In this document: positions 55,169 through 64,000 of the stretch, piece after piece
Numbering within the stretch: the stretch's first letter is position 1
Layout of the letters: each line of letters begins with the position of its first letter
NCBI GenBank assembly: GCA_900553835.1
Contig: USFF01000002.1
Span: forward strand, 6,756 to 70,755
DNA: 64,000 nt
Origin: an uncultured Mycoplasmatota bacterium
GTDB taxonomy: Bacteria > Bacillota_I > Bacilli_A > RF39 > UBA660
Direction of reading: 5' to 3'
Position numbers and translations under genes: made by a program
The notes under the pieces: generated by a model
What the model saw: only the letters and a program-made list of their open reading frames with translations
Databases searched by the model: none
What the model was told of the DNA's origin: nothing

Positions 55169-55812
55169 TATAAATTCCCCCTAAAGTCTTTAAGTGCGCG
55201 AAGAAATGTTTCTTCTTTATAGTAAGGTCTATTCATTTCTCCATCACTTATTTCTATTTTACTAGTATCAACTTTTCCTACTTTAATTCCACCTAAATTT
55301 TCTTCACTTTCATAGCTTATAGTATTTGTTGTTGCTCTTTTAAGAAGTTCATCATAACTTATAATTGCTTTATTTTCTTCTTCAGCTTCATAGTTATCTA
55401 TTTCTTCTAGGTGTTTATCATATTCTCCATTTTCTTTCATTGTTTTAATTCTATTATCAAGTTCAGATGCACTGATAATAGCCATTTCTTCTTGATCAGT
55501 TTCATAACTCTTTATTTCTTCTAAATTCTTTTTAGGTTTACTATCAACTATCTCTTCTTTTTCAAAATCAAATTTAGTTTGATTAATATTAACTGGTTTA
55601 ATTTCTTCTTTTACTTCTTTAGTCTCTTCTTTTTCCAGTTCTTCATCAATATATTTTTCTATATTTTCTTCAGGTAAACTATTTTCATTTACCTGTAGTT
55701 TTATTAAATAGATAATAACTGATACTACAACTAACATTATTACTATTAAAAATATTAAGAAAAAATCTCCTTCTGTTAATAATCTTATAAAATTGTCAAT
55801 ACTACTTTTCAT
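55168..55812 (-). CDS. Acidic membrane-anchored protein (hypothetical)
   Basis: One TM (FFLIFLIVIMLVVVSVIIYLI) followed by a Glu/Lys-rich region. The start at MKSSIDNF avoids the overlap with rsmE. Confidence 0.5.
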   Translation of the reverse strand: MKSSIDNFIRLLTEGDFFLIFLIVIMLVVVSVIIYLIKLQVNENSLPEENIEKYIDEELEKEETKEVKEEIKPVNINQTKFDFEKEEIVDSKPKKNLEEIKSYETDQEEMAIISASELDNRIKTMKENGEYDKHLEEIDNYEAEEENKAIISYDELLKRATTNTISYESEENLGGIKVGKVDTSKIEISDGEMNRPYYKEETFLRALKDFRGNL

Positions 55813-55817
55813 ATATT

Positions 55818-56519
55818 TCACCCTTTTAGATAATTTATTATAGAACAAACATTTATTATAACTGTTTCTGTTCTTAGAACATTCTCACCTAAAGAAGTCT
55901 TAATAAAACCTTTACTAACTAAAATATCTTCTTCTTTTTTAGTTAGACCTCCTTCTGGTCCAAATGCTATACTTATTGTATCACATACATTCCTAGTAGT
56001 TAACACCTTATTTATACTTTTTACATTTTCTTTGTCAAGAGAACATAAAATATTTACATTTTCTCTTACCATTAAATCTTTAATATTTATTATTCCTTCT
56101 ATAGTTGGAATATTAACTCTTCTTGACTGTTCACTTGCTTCTTTAGCAATTTTCTTATACCTTTCTATCTTTTTTTCTACCTTGTCACTATTAATTTTAA
56201 ATTTACATCTTTCGTAGTTTACAAGTGTAAAGTTAGTAACCCCCATTTCTGTACCTTTTTCAATTATAAAACTTAACTTTTCATCATTTAATATAGGTAC
56301 ATAGAATTTAATAGTATTTTCCTTTACACTTTTATATATTTCTTTTATTCTAGCACTTTTTAAATCACTGGACATTTCACATAAATAAGAAATACTTTCA
56401 TAATTAATTATTACTTCATCTAAAGGCTTAATTCTCATTACATTCTTTATATGATGATAATCCTCTTCATTTAAATAAAGTATATCATTTTCTTTTCTTT
56501 TACTAAAATACTGTTGCAT
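55818..56519 (-). CDS. rsmE: 16S rRNA (uracil1498-N3)-methyltransferase
   Basis: MQQYF... with HHIKNVMRIK, and C-terminal FGPEGGLTKKEEDIL...SLGENVLRTETV. Confidence 0.85.
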   Translation of the reverse strand: MQQYFSKRKENDILYLNEEDYHHIKNVMRIKPLDEVIINYESISYLCEMSSDLKSARIKEIYKSVKENTIKFYVPILNDEKLSFIIEKGTEMGVTNFTLVNYERCKFKINSDKVEKKIERYKKIAKEASEQSRRVNIPTIEGIINIKDLMVRENVNILCSLDKENVKSINKVLTTRNVCDTISIAFGPEGGLTKKEEDILVSKGFIKTSLGENVLRTETVIINVCSIINYLKG

Positions 56520-56547
56520 GTCTAAATTATATCAAATATGTATTTAA

Positions 56548-56575
56548 AAAGCAAAAGTGCAACATATTGCACTTT
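56548..56575 (-). terminator. Terminator after nrnA
   Basis: Minus strand reads AAAGTGCAA-TATG-TTGCACTTT followed by TGCTTTTT. Confidence 0.6.
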
Positions 56576-57537
56576 TATTTATTTTTTATATAATTTTTAC
56601 ATAACTCATCATAGTCACTTATTAAGTTTTCTAGTTCTTCTTTTGTTTTCACTCTTGCACCACTACTAAATTTATGACCACCACCGTTATATTTAGCTGC
56701 TATTTCATTTATAACAGGACCTCTACTTCTTATGTTAACTTTAAATATTTCGTTTTTAGAGTCATATGTTACAAAAAGCCATACTAAGAATTCTTCTATA
56801 TTTGAGAAATCATTTACCATATTAGATGCACTAGAAGAATCTGCATTAAACGATGATACTATATCATTTTCAAGTACTATGTAAGCAAATTTATTCCTAG
56901 TAACTTTTATATTAGATGCTATATATCCCATAAGTCTTACTTCGCTCATTGGTTTCATATATATATCACTATATATATTTTGTATATTTAGTTTATATTT
57001 CTTAATTAAATCTCCTACTTTATAAAATATTTTTTCATCTACTGGATTAAATAAAAACCTATTAGAATCACTTACTATTCCTATCATAAGAGTTCTAGCT
57101 ATCATTTCATTCATTTTAAGTCTAGTGTTATTTATTAAATCCAAAAGTATTTCACAAGTAGAACAAGCTTTCTCATCAATATATTCTAACCCACCAAAGT
57201 TTTCTACATATGGATGATGATCTATTTTAATTATATGTTTAAATTTATCTACATTAAGTCCATCTATTCTAGATTTATTCGGAATATCAAGAGTTATTAC
57301 TAAAGCATTTTCATAATCAAAATCCATAAATTTATCTAAATGACCAATATATTTAAATTTAGATACTGATGCTCCAAAAGCATATACTTGTTTATTAGGA
57401 AAAGTTAGCTTTATACTATCCCTTAGCGCTATTTCTGACCCAATTGCATCTGGATCTGGTCCAATATGTCTTACTATATAAATAAGATCATATTTTTTTA
57501 TTTCATTATAAATCTTTTTTAATAACTCTTTTTTCAT
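56575..57537 (-). CDS. nrnA: DHH/DHHA1 phosphoesterase NrnA (oligoribonuclease / pAp phosphatase)
   Basis: HIGPDPDAIGS, DHH (KIDHHP), GGGHKFSSGA (DHHA1). Confidence 0.85.
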   Translation of the reverse strand: MKKELLKKIYNEIKKYDLIYIVRHIGPDPDAIGSEIALRDSIKLTFPNKQVYAFGASVSKFKYIGHLDKFMDFDYENALVITLDIPNKSRIDGLNVDKFKHIIKIDHHPYVENFGGLEYIDEKACSTCEILLDLINNTRLKMNEMIARTLMIGIVSDSNRFLFNPVDEKIFYKVGDLIKKYKLNIQNIYSDIYMKPMSEVRLMGYIASNIKVTRNKFAYIVLENDIVSSFNADSSSASNMVNDFSNIEEFLVWLFVTYDSKNEIFKVNIRSRGPVINEIAAKYNGGGHKFSSGARVKTKEELENLISDYDELCKNYIKNK

Positions 57538-57549
57538 GATTATTCCTTT

Positions 57550-58728
57550 CTACTTAACTAGGTTATAAGTATCTCTTGCTATCATAACTTCTTCGTCAGT
57601 TGGAACTATATAGCAAGGTATTTTACTGTTTTCTTTAGTAATTAATGTAAATTTACCTCTTACGTTATTAGCATTTTCGTCTAACTCTATTCCTAGAGGT
57701 TTTAACTTTTCAATTATTTGTTTTCTTGTAACTGGAGAGTTTTCTCCAATACCACCTGCGAATGTTATTGCATCCACGTGATCTAGTCCTATCCATAGTT
57801 TAGCAATATATCCTACTATTCTATTTACAAATAATGTCTGCGCTAAAATACATCTAGGATTTCCATTTTTCATTCCTTCTTCTATATCTCTAGAGTCACT
57901 ACTAACACCAGATACACCAAGAAGTCCACTTTCTTTGTTTAATACATTTATTATTTCATCAAATGAAAGACCTGTTTCTTTCATTAGATATTGAACCATA
58001 AGTGTATCAACATCTCCACTTCTTGTACCCATGATTAAACCAGAATTAGTTGAGAAACCTAAACTAGTATCAAATGCTTTACTATCTTTAATAGAAAACA
58101 TACTACTACCATTACCTAAATGGCATGTTATTAAGTTAACGTTTTCTTTATTTAATTCTTTTTTCATGAACTCTGTTACATATTCATGACTTATACCATG
58201 GAAACCATATTTTCTTGCACCATATTTTTCTGTCCATTCATATGGTATTGCATATGTATAGTTTTCCATAGGCATGCTTGCTGGAAAACCAGTATCAAAT
58301 ATAGCAACTTCTTTAGCATCAGGAATAAATTCTTTAAATGCTTCTATTCCCATTAAATTAGCTGGGTTATGAAGTGGTGCTAGATGGAATAAGTTTCTTA
58401 TAGTACTTATTACTTCTTCATTAATTAAAGTACTTTCTTTAAATTTATCTCCTCCATGCACTACTCTGTGACCTACACCTTTAATTTCATCAAGACTATT
58501 AACTATTTTATAGTTAAGTAATTCTTCTGTTAAAATTTTAACAGCTTCTTCATGATTATTTAAAGTAACTTCTTTCTTTATTTTTTCTCCATTTAATTTA
58601 ATTGTATATGAACTATTATCTATTCCTATTCTTTCAAATAATCCACTTATTATAACTTTTTCTTCAGGCATTTCATACATTTGAAATTTCAAACTACTAC
58701 TTCCTGCATTAACACTTAATATTTTCAT
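57550..58728 (-). CDS. ackA: Acetate kinase
   Basis: MKILSVNAGSSSLKFQ, GHRVVHGG, CHLGNGSS, GGIGENS. Confidence 0.95.
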   Translation of the reverse strand: MKILSVNAGSSSLKFQMYEMPEEKVIISGLFERIGIDNSSYTIKLNGEKIKKEVTLNNHEEAVKILTEELLNYKIVNSLDEIKGVGHRVVHGGDKFKESTLINEEVISTIRNLFHLAPLHNPANLMGIEAFKEFIPDAKEVAIFDTGFPASMPMENYTYAIPYEWTEKYGARKYGFHGISHEYVTEFMKKELNKENVNLITCHLGNGSSMFSIKDSKAFDTSLGFSTNSGLIMGTRSGDVDTLMVQYLMKETGLSFDEIINVLNKESGLLGVSGVSSDSRDIEEGMKNGNPRCILAQTLFVNRIVGYIAKLWIGLDHVDAITFAGGIGENSPVTRKQIIEKLKPLGIELDENANNVRGKFTLITKENSKIPCYIVPTDEEVMIARDTYNLVK

Positions 58729-58818
58729 AATATAAAATCTCCTTCATACTGATTATAACAAAAAAAAGATAGAAAACCTATCTTTTTTTATAAATTACAC
58801 ATTAATTTGACTTAAAAA

Positions 58819-58908
58819 TTAGTATCTTTCACTCTTTTTTACATCTTTTTTAGTTTCTTTTTCTTCATAACCAAAATCTAATTTAAGATTTTCTTTACTT
58901 ATATTCAT
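58819..58908 (-). CDS. Candidate 29-aa small ORF (MNISKENLKLDFGYEEKETKKDVKKSERY)
   Basis: AGGTGA lies 6 nt before the ATG at 58908. It sits between the tandem repeat and the ackA promoter, followed by a hairpin terminator at about 58768-58795. Confidence 0.3.
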   Translation of the reverse strand: MNISKENLKLDFGYEEKETKKDVKKSERY

Positions 58909-58997
58909 ATATTTCACCTGTTAAAATATATGAATATAATATTAAAATAATACTTATTTTATATCTATAACAGACGAAAAGAAGAACTCTATAGCAT

Positions 58998-59107
58998 CTT
59001 CCACTCCGAGATTTGGAGCCTCTCACTCCGAGTTTTGGAGCCTTCCATTCCGAGTTTTGATGCCTCTCACTTCGAATTTTGGAGACTTTCACTTCGAGTT
59101 TTTTTAG
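58998..59107. repeat. Five tandem 22-bp repeats (consensus CTCTCACTCCGAGTTTTGGAGC), degenerating toward one end
   Basis: Units at 58998, 59020, 59042, 59064 and 59086. Odd and even units alternate CTTCCA/CTCTCA. Each unit has a CTCC..GGAG inverted pair. Confidence 0.9.
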
Positions 59108-59111
59108 TTAA

Positions 59112-59131
59112 AAACATCACGGCCGTGATGT
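59112..59131 (-). terminator. Hairpin after 59136..59465
   Basis: The ACATCACGGCCGTGATGT perfect palindrome is immediately downstream of the stop. Confidence 0.55.
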
Positions 59132-59135
59132 TATA

Positions 59136-59911
59136 TTAATATTTTTTTGATAAATCTAATAATTCTTCTCTAGATATATAAGCGCCCCATATAGAATTTG
59201 GATCAAGGTCATTAAATATTTTTCTAGCCATTTCTTCTGAAACTGGACCTACTTTCATATTATTGTCTTTAAACATCTCAGGATATTTTTTAACTAAGAA
59301 AGATATTGCACTTACTCCATTTAAAGATAAATTATTCTTTAGAAGAACTTTACATTTCTCTAGAGCATCTTTAATACTATCAAAATATAATTTATTAAAT
59401 TCTTCTTTAGCTTTTTTTCCATATAATTTAAAAAGCTCTCTTATTAAAGGATGAAAATCATACATTGCCGCATGTAACTGAATATTATTATATTTTATAT
59501 CATAAGCAATAAAGTTATTTAATCTAATAAAGCCTCTTTTTTTACAAAATATAAAACCATCAGCAATGATAATATTTTTATTTATTAACTCTTGAAGTTC
59601 TTCAAATTTTCCACTATTTACTAACTCAATACTTTTATCTAACTTTTCTTTAGTTAAGTTAAATTTCTGTTTAAAGTTTTTTCTGCATATTTAAAGAAAT
59701 CTAAAGTTTTTAAGTTATCAAGTTCTTTTTTATTTATTTTATTTTTTAGTTTTTCTTCAAGAAAGTTAATTACATAGTTGATATCTATATTTTTATTTTT
59801 AGAGTCATTTATCATTTCTTCTATTTTTTGTTTTTCTCTTTCACTAGGTAAGTAGTTATATTTTATTAATAACCTATTAAGTTCTTCTCTTAACTCTCTT
59901 TCATACTCCAT
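59136..59911 (-). pseudogene. Hypothetical ~255-aa gene interrupted by a frameshift at an A6 run (track shows it as 85-aa + 109-aa ORFs)
   Basis: The reading frame of the downstream ORF is open without any start codon from 59690 to 59466 and overlaps the upstream ORF across GAAAAAAC (T6 at 59677-59682 on + strand). One extra A would fuse them. Confidence 0.5.
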
Positions 59912-59912
59912 T

Positions 59913-60548
59913 TTAACTCCTCATTAAAGATATTTTATTATTAATCTCTCCACTTAATAAGTAACTACTACTAACAAGTATATCTACGTTTTTTTCTTTT
60001 AATATACTTATATTTTCCTCATTTACCCCGCCATCTACACTTATTAAAGTTTTATAATTTTTTTCCTCTATTTCTTTCTTTAATACATCTATCTTATATA
60101 GTACACTTTCCATGAATTTCTGACCACTTTTACCTGGAACTACACTCATAATAAGGACTACATCGGTGTACTTTAATAGACCAAATATTTCCTTTGGACT
60201 AGTATCTGGGTTAATAGCTATACCTACTTTTATACCATTATTTTTTATATGATTAATTATATCTAAATGATTTTTAACTGCTTCATAATGAAATGTTATG
60301 TTATTTACATATAAAGTACTTAAATCATCAATATATTTATCTGGGTTCTTAACCATTAGATGTATATCTAATGGTTTACTAGTATAATTACTATACTTTA
60401 TTACTTCACTTATAGTGTAAGATTTGTTTTCTGTAAATTTTCCATCCATTATATCTACGTGGATGTAATCTACATTTGTTTTATCAAATAATTCTATTGC
60501 ATCTTTTGGTTTTATTTTATCACTTAAGAAACTAGCACTTATTAGCAT
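59913..60548 (-). CDS. rpe: Ribulose-phosphate 3-epimerase
   Basis: ISASFLS...IHVDIMDGKF, HLMV, SVDGG. Sits in the conserved prpC-prkC-rsgA-rpe order. Confidence 0.9.
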   Translation of the reverse strand: MLISASFLSDKIKPKDAIELFDKTNVDYIHVDIMDGKFTENKSYTISEVIKYSNYTSKPLDIHLMVKNPDKYIDDLSTLYVNNITFHYEAVKNHLDIINHIKNNGIKVGIAINPDTSPKEIFGLLKYTDVVLIMSVVPGKSGQKFMESVLYKIDVLKKEIEEKNYKTLISVDGGVNEENISILKEKNVDILVSSSYLLSGEINNKISLMRS

Positions 60549-60549
60549 A

Positions 60550-61374
60550 TTACTTCTCCTTTATTAGCTTTATATAGTTATCATATCTACTTTTTAATAT
60601 TTTACCATTTTTTGTTCTTTCTATTACTGAACATCCTGCATTTTTAGTATGATCACATGTGTTATATTTACATTCATATTTGAACTCTATGAAAGCATCA
60701 CTTATTTCTTTTTTATTTAAATTAAGTTCTAAACTACTAAATCCTGGAGTATCAGCTATTAGTCCTCCATATAATGGCATTAGAGTTACTAACCTAGTAG
60801 TATGTTTTCCTCTTCCTAGAGAAGTACTAACTTCTCCTGTTTTTAGGTTTAGTTTTTTATCTAACATATTTAAAAGAGTACTTTTTCCTGCTCCAGTTTG
60901 TCCACCTAAAGCACATACTTTACCTTTTAATTCTTTTTTTATTTTTCTTTTATCTGTATTTTTATATACTTTGTAACCTATTTTTTTATAGTATTTTAAA
61001 GTATTTAATATTTCTTTTTTCTCTTTTTTAGTAACTAAATCTAATTTAGTTACTACTATTATAGGAGTTATGTTATTTACTTCACTTAAAACTATAAATT
61101 TATCTAGTAAGTAAGTACTAAAGTCTGGGACTTTAGTGCTTACTACTATAAATAGTTTATCTATATTAGATACAAGTGGTCTTACTAGAGTATTCTTTCT
61201 ATCAAGAACACTTTCTATAGTTTTAGTCTCTTTATTAAAGTAAACATTATCTCCTACTGTTAGTTTTATGTTTTTTAGTTTTCCTCTTACTGTACATGGA
61301 AAAACTTCTCTATTATCATAGAGAAAATATAAATCTTTATTTATACTAATTATTTTTCCTAAGTTATTCTTCAT
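60550..61374 (-). CDS. rsgA: Ribosome small subunit-dependent GTPase A
   Basis: Circularly permuted GTPase: VVTKLDL, GQTGAGKSTLLN, DTPGF, C-terminal Zn-knuckle CKYNTCDHTKNAGC. Confidence 0.9.
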   Translation of the reverse strand: MKNNLGKIISINKDLYFLYDNREVFPCTVRGKLKNIKLTVGDNVYFNKETKTIESVLDRKNTLVRPLVSNIDKLFIVVSTKVPDFSTYLLDKFIVLSEVNNITPIIVVTKLDLVTKKEKKEILNTLKYYKKIGYKVYKNTDKRKIKKELKGKVCALGGQTGAGKSTLLNMLDKKLNLKTGEVSTSLGRGKHTTRLVTLMPLYGGLIADTPGFSSLELNLNKKEISDAFIEFKYECKYNTCDHTKNAGCSVIERTKNGKILKSRYDNYIKLIKEK

Positions 61375-63106
61375 CTGGCATTATAATATCGTCTACTACA
61401 TCTGGGTTTTTAGTTATTGTTATTACTAAAGTTACACCTGTGACAACTGGATCTCCTTCTTTTCTACTTTGTCCTACTATTGTGTTAGGAGCGACTAGTG
61501 AGTTTTCTGTATATTTCTTTTCAAGTATTAAACCATATTTACTTGCATATTCTTCTACTTGTTCAACAGTATATGTTGTAAAGTTTGGATAAAGTACTTC
61601 TACATCAGGAATATATAGTGTTATTGTATCTCCTTTTTTAACAACTTCTCCTTTTTCAGGGAGTGTTTTTATTACAGTGTTATCTTCTATATTATCTTCT
61701 TCTTTTACTTTTTCTTTATCTATTATAACATTACATTCATATTCTTTACATTTTTCATCAAGTTTACCTTTAGCTTCTAAATAATTCATTCCTGTATAAT
61801 CTTCTAAAGTAAATGAACTTTCTCCAGTTGAGACATGAATACAAATGTTTCTTCCTTCTTTTACATATGTACCAGCTTCAGGATCTGTTTTAACAACATA
61901 TCCTTCTTCTATTTCATCACTTGCAACCGGCTTATAGTCTTCTTCGCCACATGTTACATTAAAGCCAGCTTTTACTAATTTATTAGTTGCATCTTTTTTG
62001 CTTAATTTACTTACATCTGGTACTTCTATTGTTTTACCTTTACTTAAGTGAGGAAGTAAGAACACAATAGCGGCTGTTAATACTATTAAACCAGTAAATA
62101 TACTTGCTAATGTTATTAAGAGCTTCTTTTCATTTTTAGTTTCTTCTTTTTCTTTCTTTGTCATTTCTTCCTTCTTCTCTTTCTCTTCTTTTTTTATTAT
62201 TTCTATGGCTTCATCAAGATTTCTTGTTTTTTCTAGTTCGTTATCTTTATATGGATATACATATTTAGGCTCATTAATTCTTGACTCATCCATAGCGGTT
62301 ATTATATCTTGATGCATTTCTCTTGCATCTTTGTATCTATTCTGTGGATTTTTAGCTGTTGCTTTTAATATTATGTTCTCAATACTTTGTGGTAATTCTG
62401 GTAGTTTTTCCCTTATACTTGGAAGTGGTTCTTTTAAGTGTTTAAGGGCTATTTCAACAGCATTATCACCTTTATATGGAACACTACCAGTTAAAAGTTC
62501 ATACATAAGTATTCCCATACTATATATGTCACTTCTTATAGTACTTCCTCTTCCAGCAGCCTGTTCTGGTGGAAGATAATGTACACTACCCATTACCGAA
62601 TTAGTTTGAGTAAGCTGTGTACTATTAAGTGCCATTGCTATACCAAAGTCTGTTATTTTAATCATTCCATTATCAAGTATCATTATATTTTGAGGTTTGA
62701 TATCCCTATGGATTATATATGAGTCATGGGCATGTGCCATACCATCAGTTAGTTGACTCATGATATCAATAACTTCAGTTATTGTTAAACTTCCTCTTCT
62801 TTTTAGTAATTGTTTTAAAGTTTTACCTTCTACATATTCCATTACTATATAGTACTGACCATCTTCTTGATCAAAATCATATATTTGTACTATATTAGGA
62901 TGATATAAATTACTTGCACTTAATGCTTCTCTTTGGAAACGTCTTACAAATTTTTCATCACTTGCTAAATCTCCTCTTAACACTTTTACAGCAACATTTC
63001 TGTCAAGTATTGTATCATAAGCTAAATAAACATTAGCCATGCCACCTTCGCCTAGTGTTCTAATTATTGAATATCTATCATTAATCTTTGTTCCTTTAAT
63101 TATCAC
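61364..63106 (-). CDS. prkC: Ser/Thr protein kinase PrkC with TM and PASTA repeats
   Basis: GEGGMANVY, VAVK, HRDIKPQN, DFGIA, a TM near residue 340, and three PASTA-like modules. Confidence 0.92.
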   Translation of the reverse strand: MIIKGTKINDRYSIIRTLGEGGMANVYLAYDTILDRNVAVKVLRGDLASDEKFVRRFQREALSASNLYHPNIVQIYDFDQEDGQYYIVMEYVEGKTLKQLLKRRGSLTITEVIDIMSQLTDGMAHAHDSYIIHRDIKPQNIMILDNGMIKITDFGIAMALNSTQLTQTNSVMGSVHYLPPEQAAGRGSTIRSDIYSMGILMYELLTGSVPYKGDNAVEIALKHLKEPLPSIREKLPELPQSIENIILKATAKNPQNRYKDAREMHQDIITAMDESRINEPKYVYPYKDNELEKTRNLDEAIEIIKKEEKEKKEEMTKKEKEETKNEKKLLITLASIFTGLIVLTAAIVFLLPHLSKGKTIEVPDVSKLSKKDATNKLVKAGFNVTCGEEDYKPVASDEIEEGYVVKTDPEAGTYVKEGRNICIHVSTGESSFTLEDYTGMNYLEAKGKLDEKCKEYECNVIIDKEKVKEEDNIEDNTVIKTLPEKGEVVKKGDTITLYIPDVEVLYPNFTTYTVEQVEEYASKYGLILEKKYTENSLVAPNTIVGQSRKEGDPVVTGVTLVITITKNPDVVDDIIMPDEE

Positions 63107-63108
63107 GT

Positions 63109-63846
63109 TTATTCTCCTTCCCTACTTAAAAATGCTACAGAAATATTATCGTTTCCACCCCTTAAGTTGCTTTTTAATATAAGTTTATCTATTTTTTCAT
63201 TTATATCAAGTTCTTTATCATTTAATACTCTTTCTATTTGTTCTTTACTTACCATGTTAGTAAGACCATCACTACAAAGTAGTATTCCATCTACTGTTGT
63301 TTCTACATCAAAAATGTCAGGTTCAATTTTAGGTGCAGCACCAAGTGCTTTCATAAGAACATTTTTCTGTGGATGATTTTCTGCTTCTTCTGGTCTTAAT
63401 TCTCCACTTTCTACTAATATATTAACTAAAGTATGATCTTTAGTCACTTTATATAACTTACCACTTTTAAATACAAAACCACTAGAGTCACCTACATTTG
63501 CAAATATTAAATAGTCTTTTGTTAGTACAGCACACACTAAAGTAGTGCCAAGACCAGTTGCATTTACATGCTCTTCTGCATATTTAATTATAGTAGTATT
63601 AACTTCTTCTATTATTTCCTTAAGCCAAGTTATAGCATCCATTTTAGAACCAAGTGAACTTAAACTTTGAAATCTTGAACCAATAGTAGTAACTGCAACA
63701 GAACTTGCAACTTCTCCTGCTTTATGGCCACCCATTCCATCGGCTACTAGTAGTAGATAATCTCCACTTAAATTCTTAACTATAGTTACAGAGTCTTCAT
63801 TATGACTTCTAACTTTACCTGGATCTGTTTGATAATGTGCTTCCAT
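63109..63846 (-). CDS. prpC: PP2C-family Ser/Thr phosphatase (PrpC/Stp)
   Basis: RSHNEDS, VADGMGGH, LLCSDGLTNMV, GGNDNISV. Confidence 0.92.
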   Translation of the reverse strand: MEAHYQTDPGKVRSHNEDSVTIVKNLSGDYLLLVADGMGGHKAGEVASSVAVTTIGSRFQSLSSLGSKMDAITWLKEIIEEVNTTIIKYAEEHVNATGLGTTLVCAVLTKDYLIFANVGDSSGFVFKSGKLYKVTKDHTLVNILVESGELRPEEAENHPQKNVLMKALGAAPKIEPDIFDVETTVDGILLCSDGLTNMVSKEQIERVLNDKELDINEKIDKLILKSNLRGGNDNISVAFLSREGE

Positions 63847-63935
63847 ATTACCCGCCTTCCTTATTTAATTATATACATTTCAATTATATCATACAACTAA
63901 ACTCATAGTAAATATTAAAGGTTTAAAGTTAAGAA

Positions 63936-63966
63936 AAAACTCTACAAAACATGTAGAGTTTTTGTA
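63936..63966 (-). terminator. Terminator after the third surface-protein paralogue
   Basis: Minus strand reads AACTCTACA-TGTTT-TGTAGAGTT followed by a T6 run. Confidence 0.65.
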
Positions 63967-63969
63967 AAC

Positions 63970-64000
63970 TAATTATAAACTATTTCGTAAGGGTTTTCTG
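63970..64000 (-). CDS. 3' end of a third surface-protein paralogue (continues beyond the right edge)
   Basis: The minus strand encodes ...ENPYEIVYN-TAG, nearly identical to the C-terminus ...ENPYEIIYN of 16478..17629. Confidence 0.7.

Noticed and set aside
58895-59092. 65-aa ORF (MKVSKIRSERHQNSEWKAPKLGVRGSKSRSGR...).
   Set aside because: It is read straight through the 22-bp tandem repeat, so the periodic peptide is an artefact. It has no SD.
58998-59107. Possible CRISPR array.
   Set aside because: The repeats are directly abutting with a 22-bp period and no unique spacers, and there are no cas genes. It is a tandem repeat, not a CRISPR.

Overview
Very AT-rich, standard-code chromosomal segment from a low-GC Firmicute. 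DnaB/DnaI helicase loaders, EzrA, PrkC/PrpC and T-box leaders point to the Bacilli/Erysipelotrichia lineage. A CotZ/CotY-like coat protein and Spo0A-box-like repeats suggest a spore former. Almost every gene is on the minus strand. Most of the window is housekeeping: thyA, def, tmRNA, trmD-rimM, iscS-iscU, tyrS and aspS with T-box leaders, dnaB-dnaI, tRNA-Arg(CCU), argS, rseP-cdsA, two M16 peptidases, deoD, ftsK, ezrA, rpsD, secG, eno, infC-rpmI-rplT, mtaB, rsmE, nrnA, ackA, rpe, rsgA, prkC, prpC. Several accessory or unusual loci interrupt this. (1) A family of large surface proteins has three paralogues in the window, one of them frame-broken. The first is preceded by a 21-codon leader ORF carrying a G10 homopolymer and then an intrinsic terminator, which I read as a candidate phase-variable, translation-dependent attenuator. 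This is my best candidate for something undescribed. (2) A four-gene operon encodes three proteins made only of about 20 tandem helicase-associated (HA) domain repeats, with no helicase. (3) Three perfect Spo0A-box heptamers at 10-bp spacing sit in front of an orphan multi-TM histidine kinase. (4) A zincin-like gene of mobile-element flavour has an elaborate leader and two near-identical consensus promoters on the opposite strand, one driving a GC-rich hairpin RNA candidate. (5) Unexplained elements include a 5 x 22-bp tandem repeat, a 2 x 29-bp perfect repeat, and a GC-rich structured intergenic element. All family assignments come from reading motifs by eye, and none has been checked against a database.
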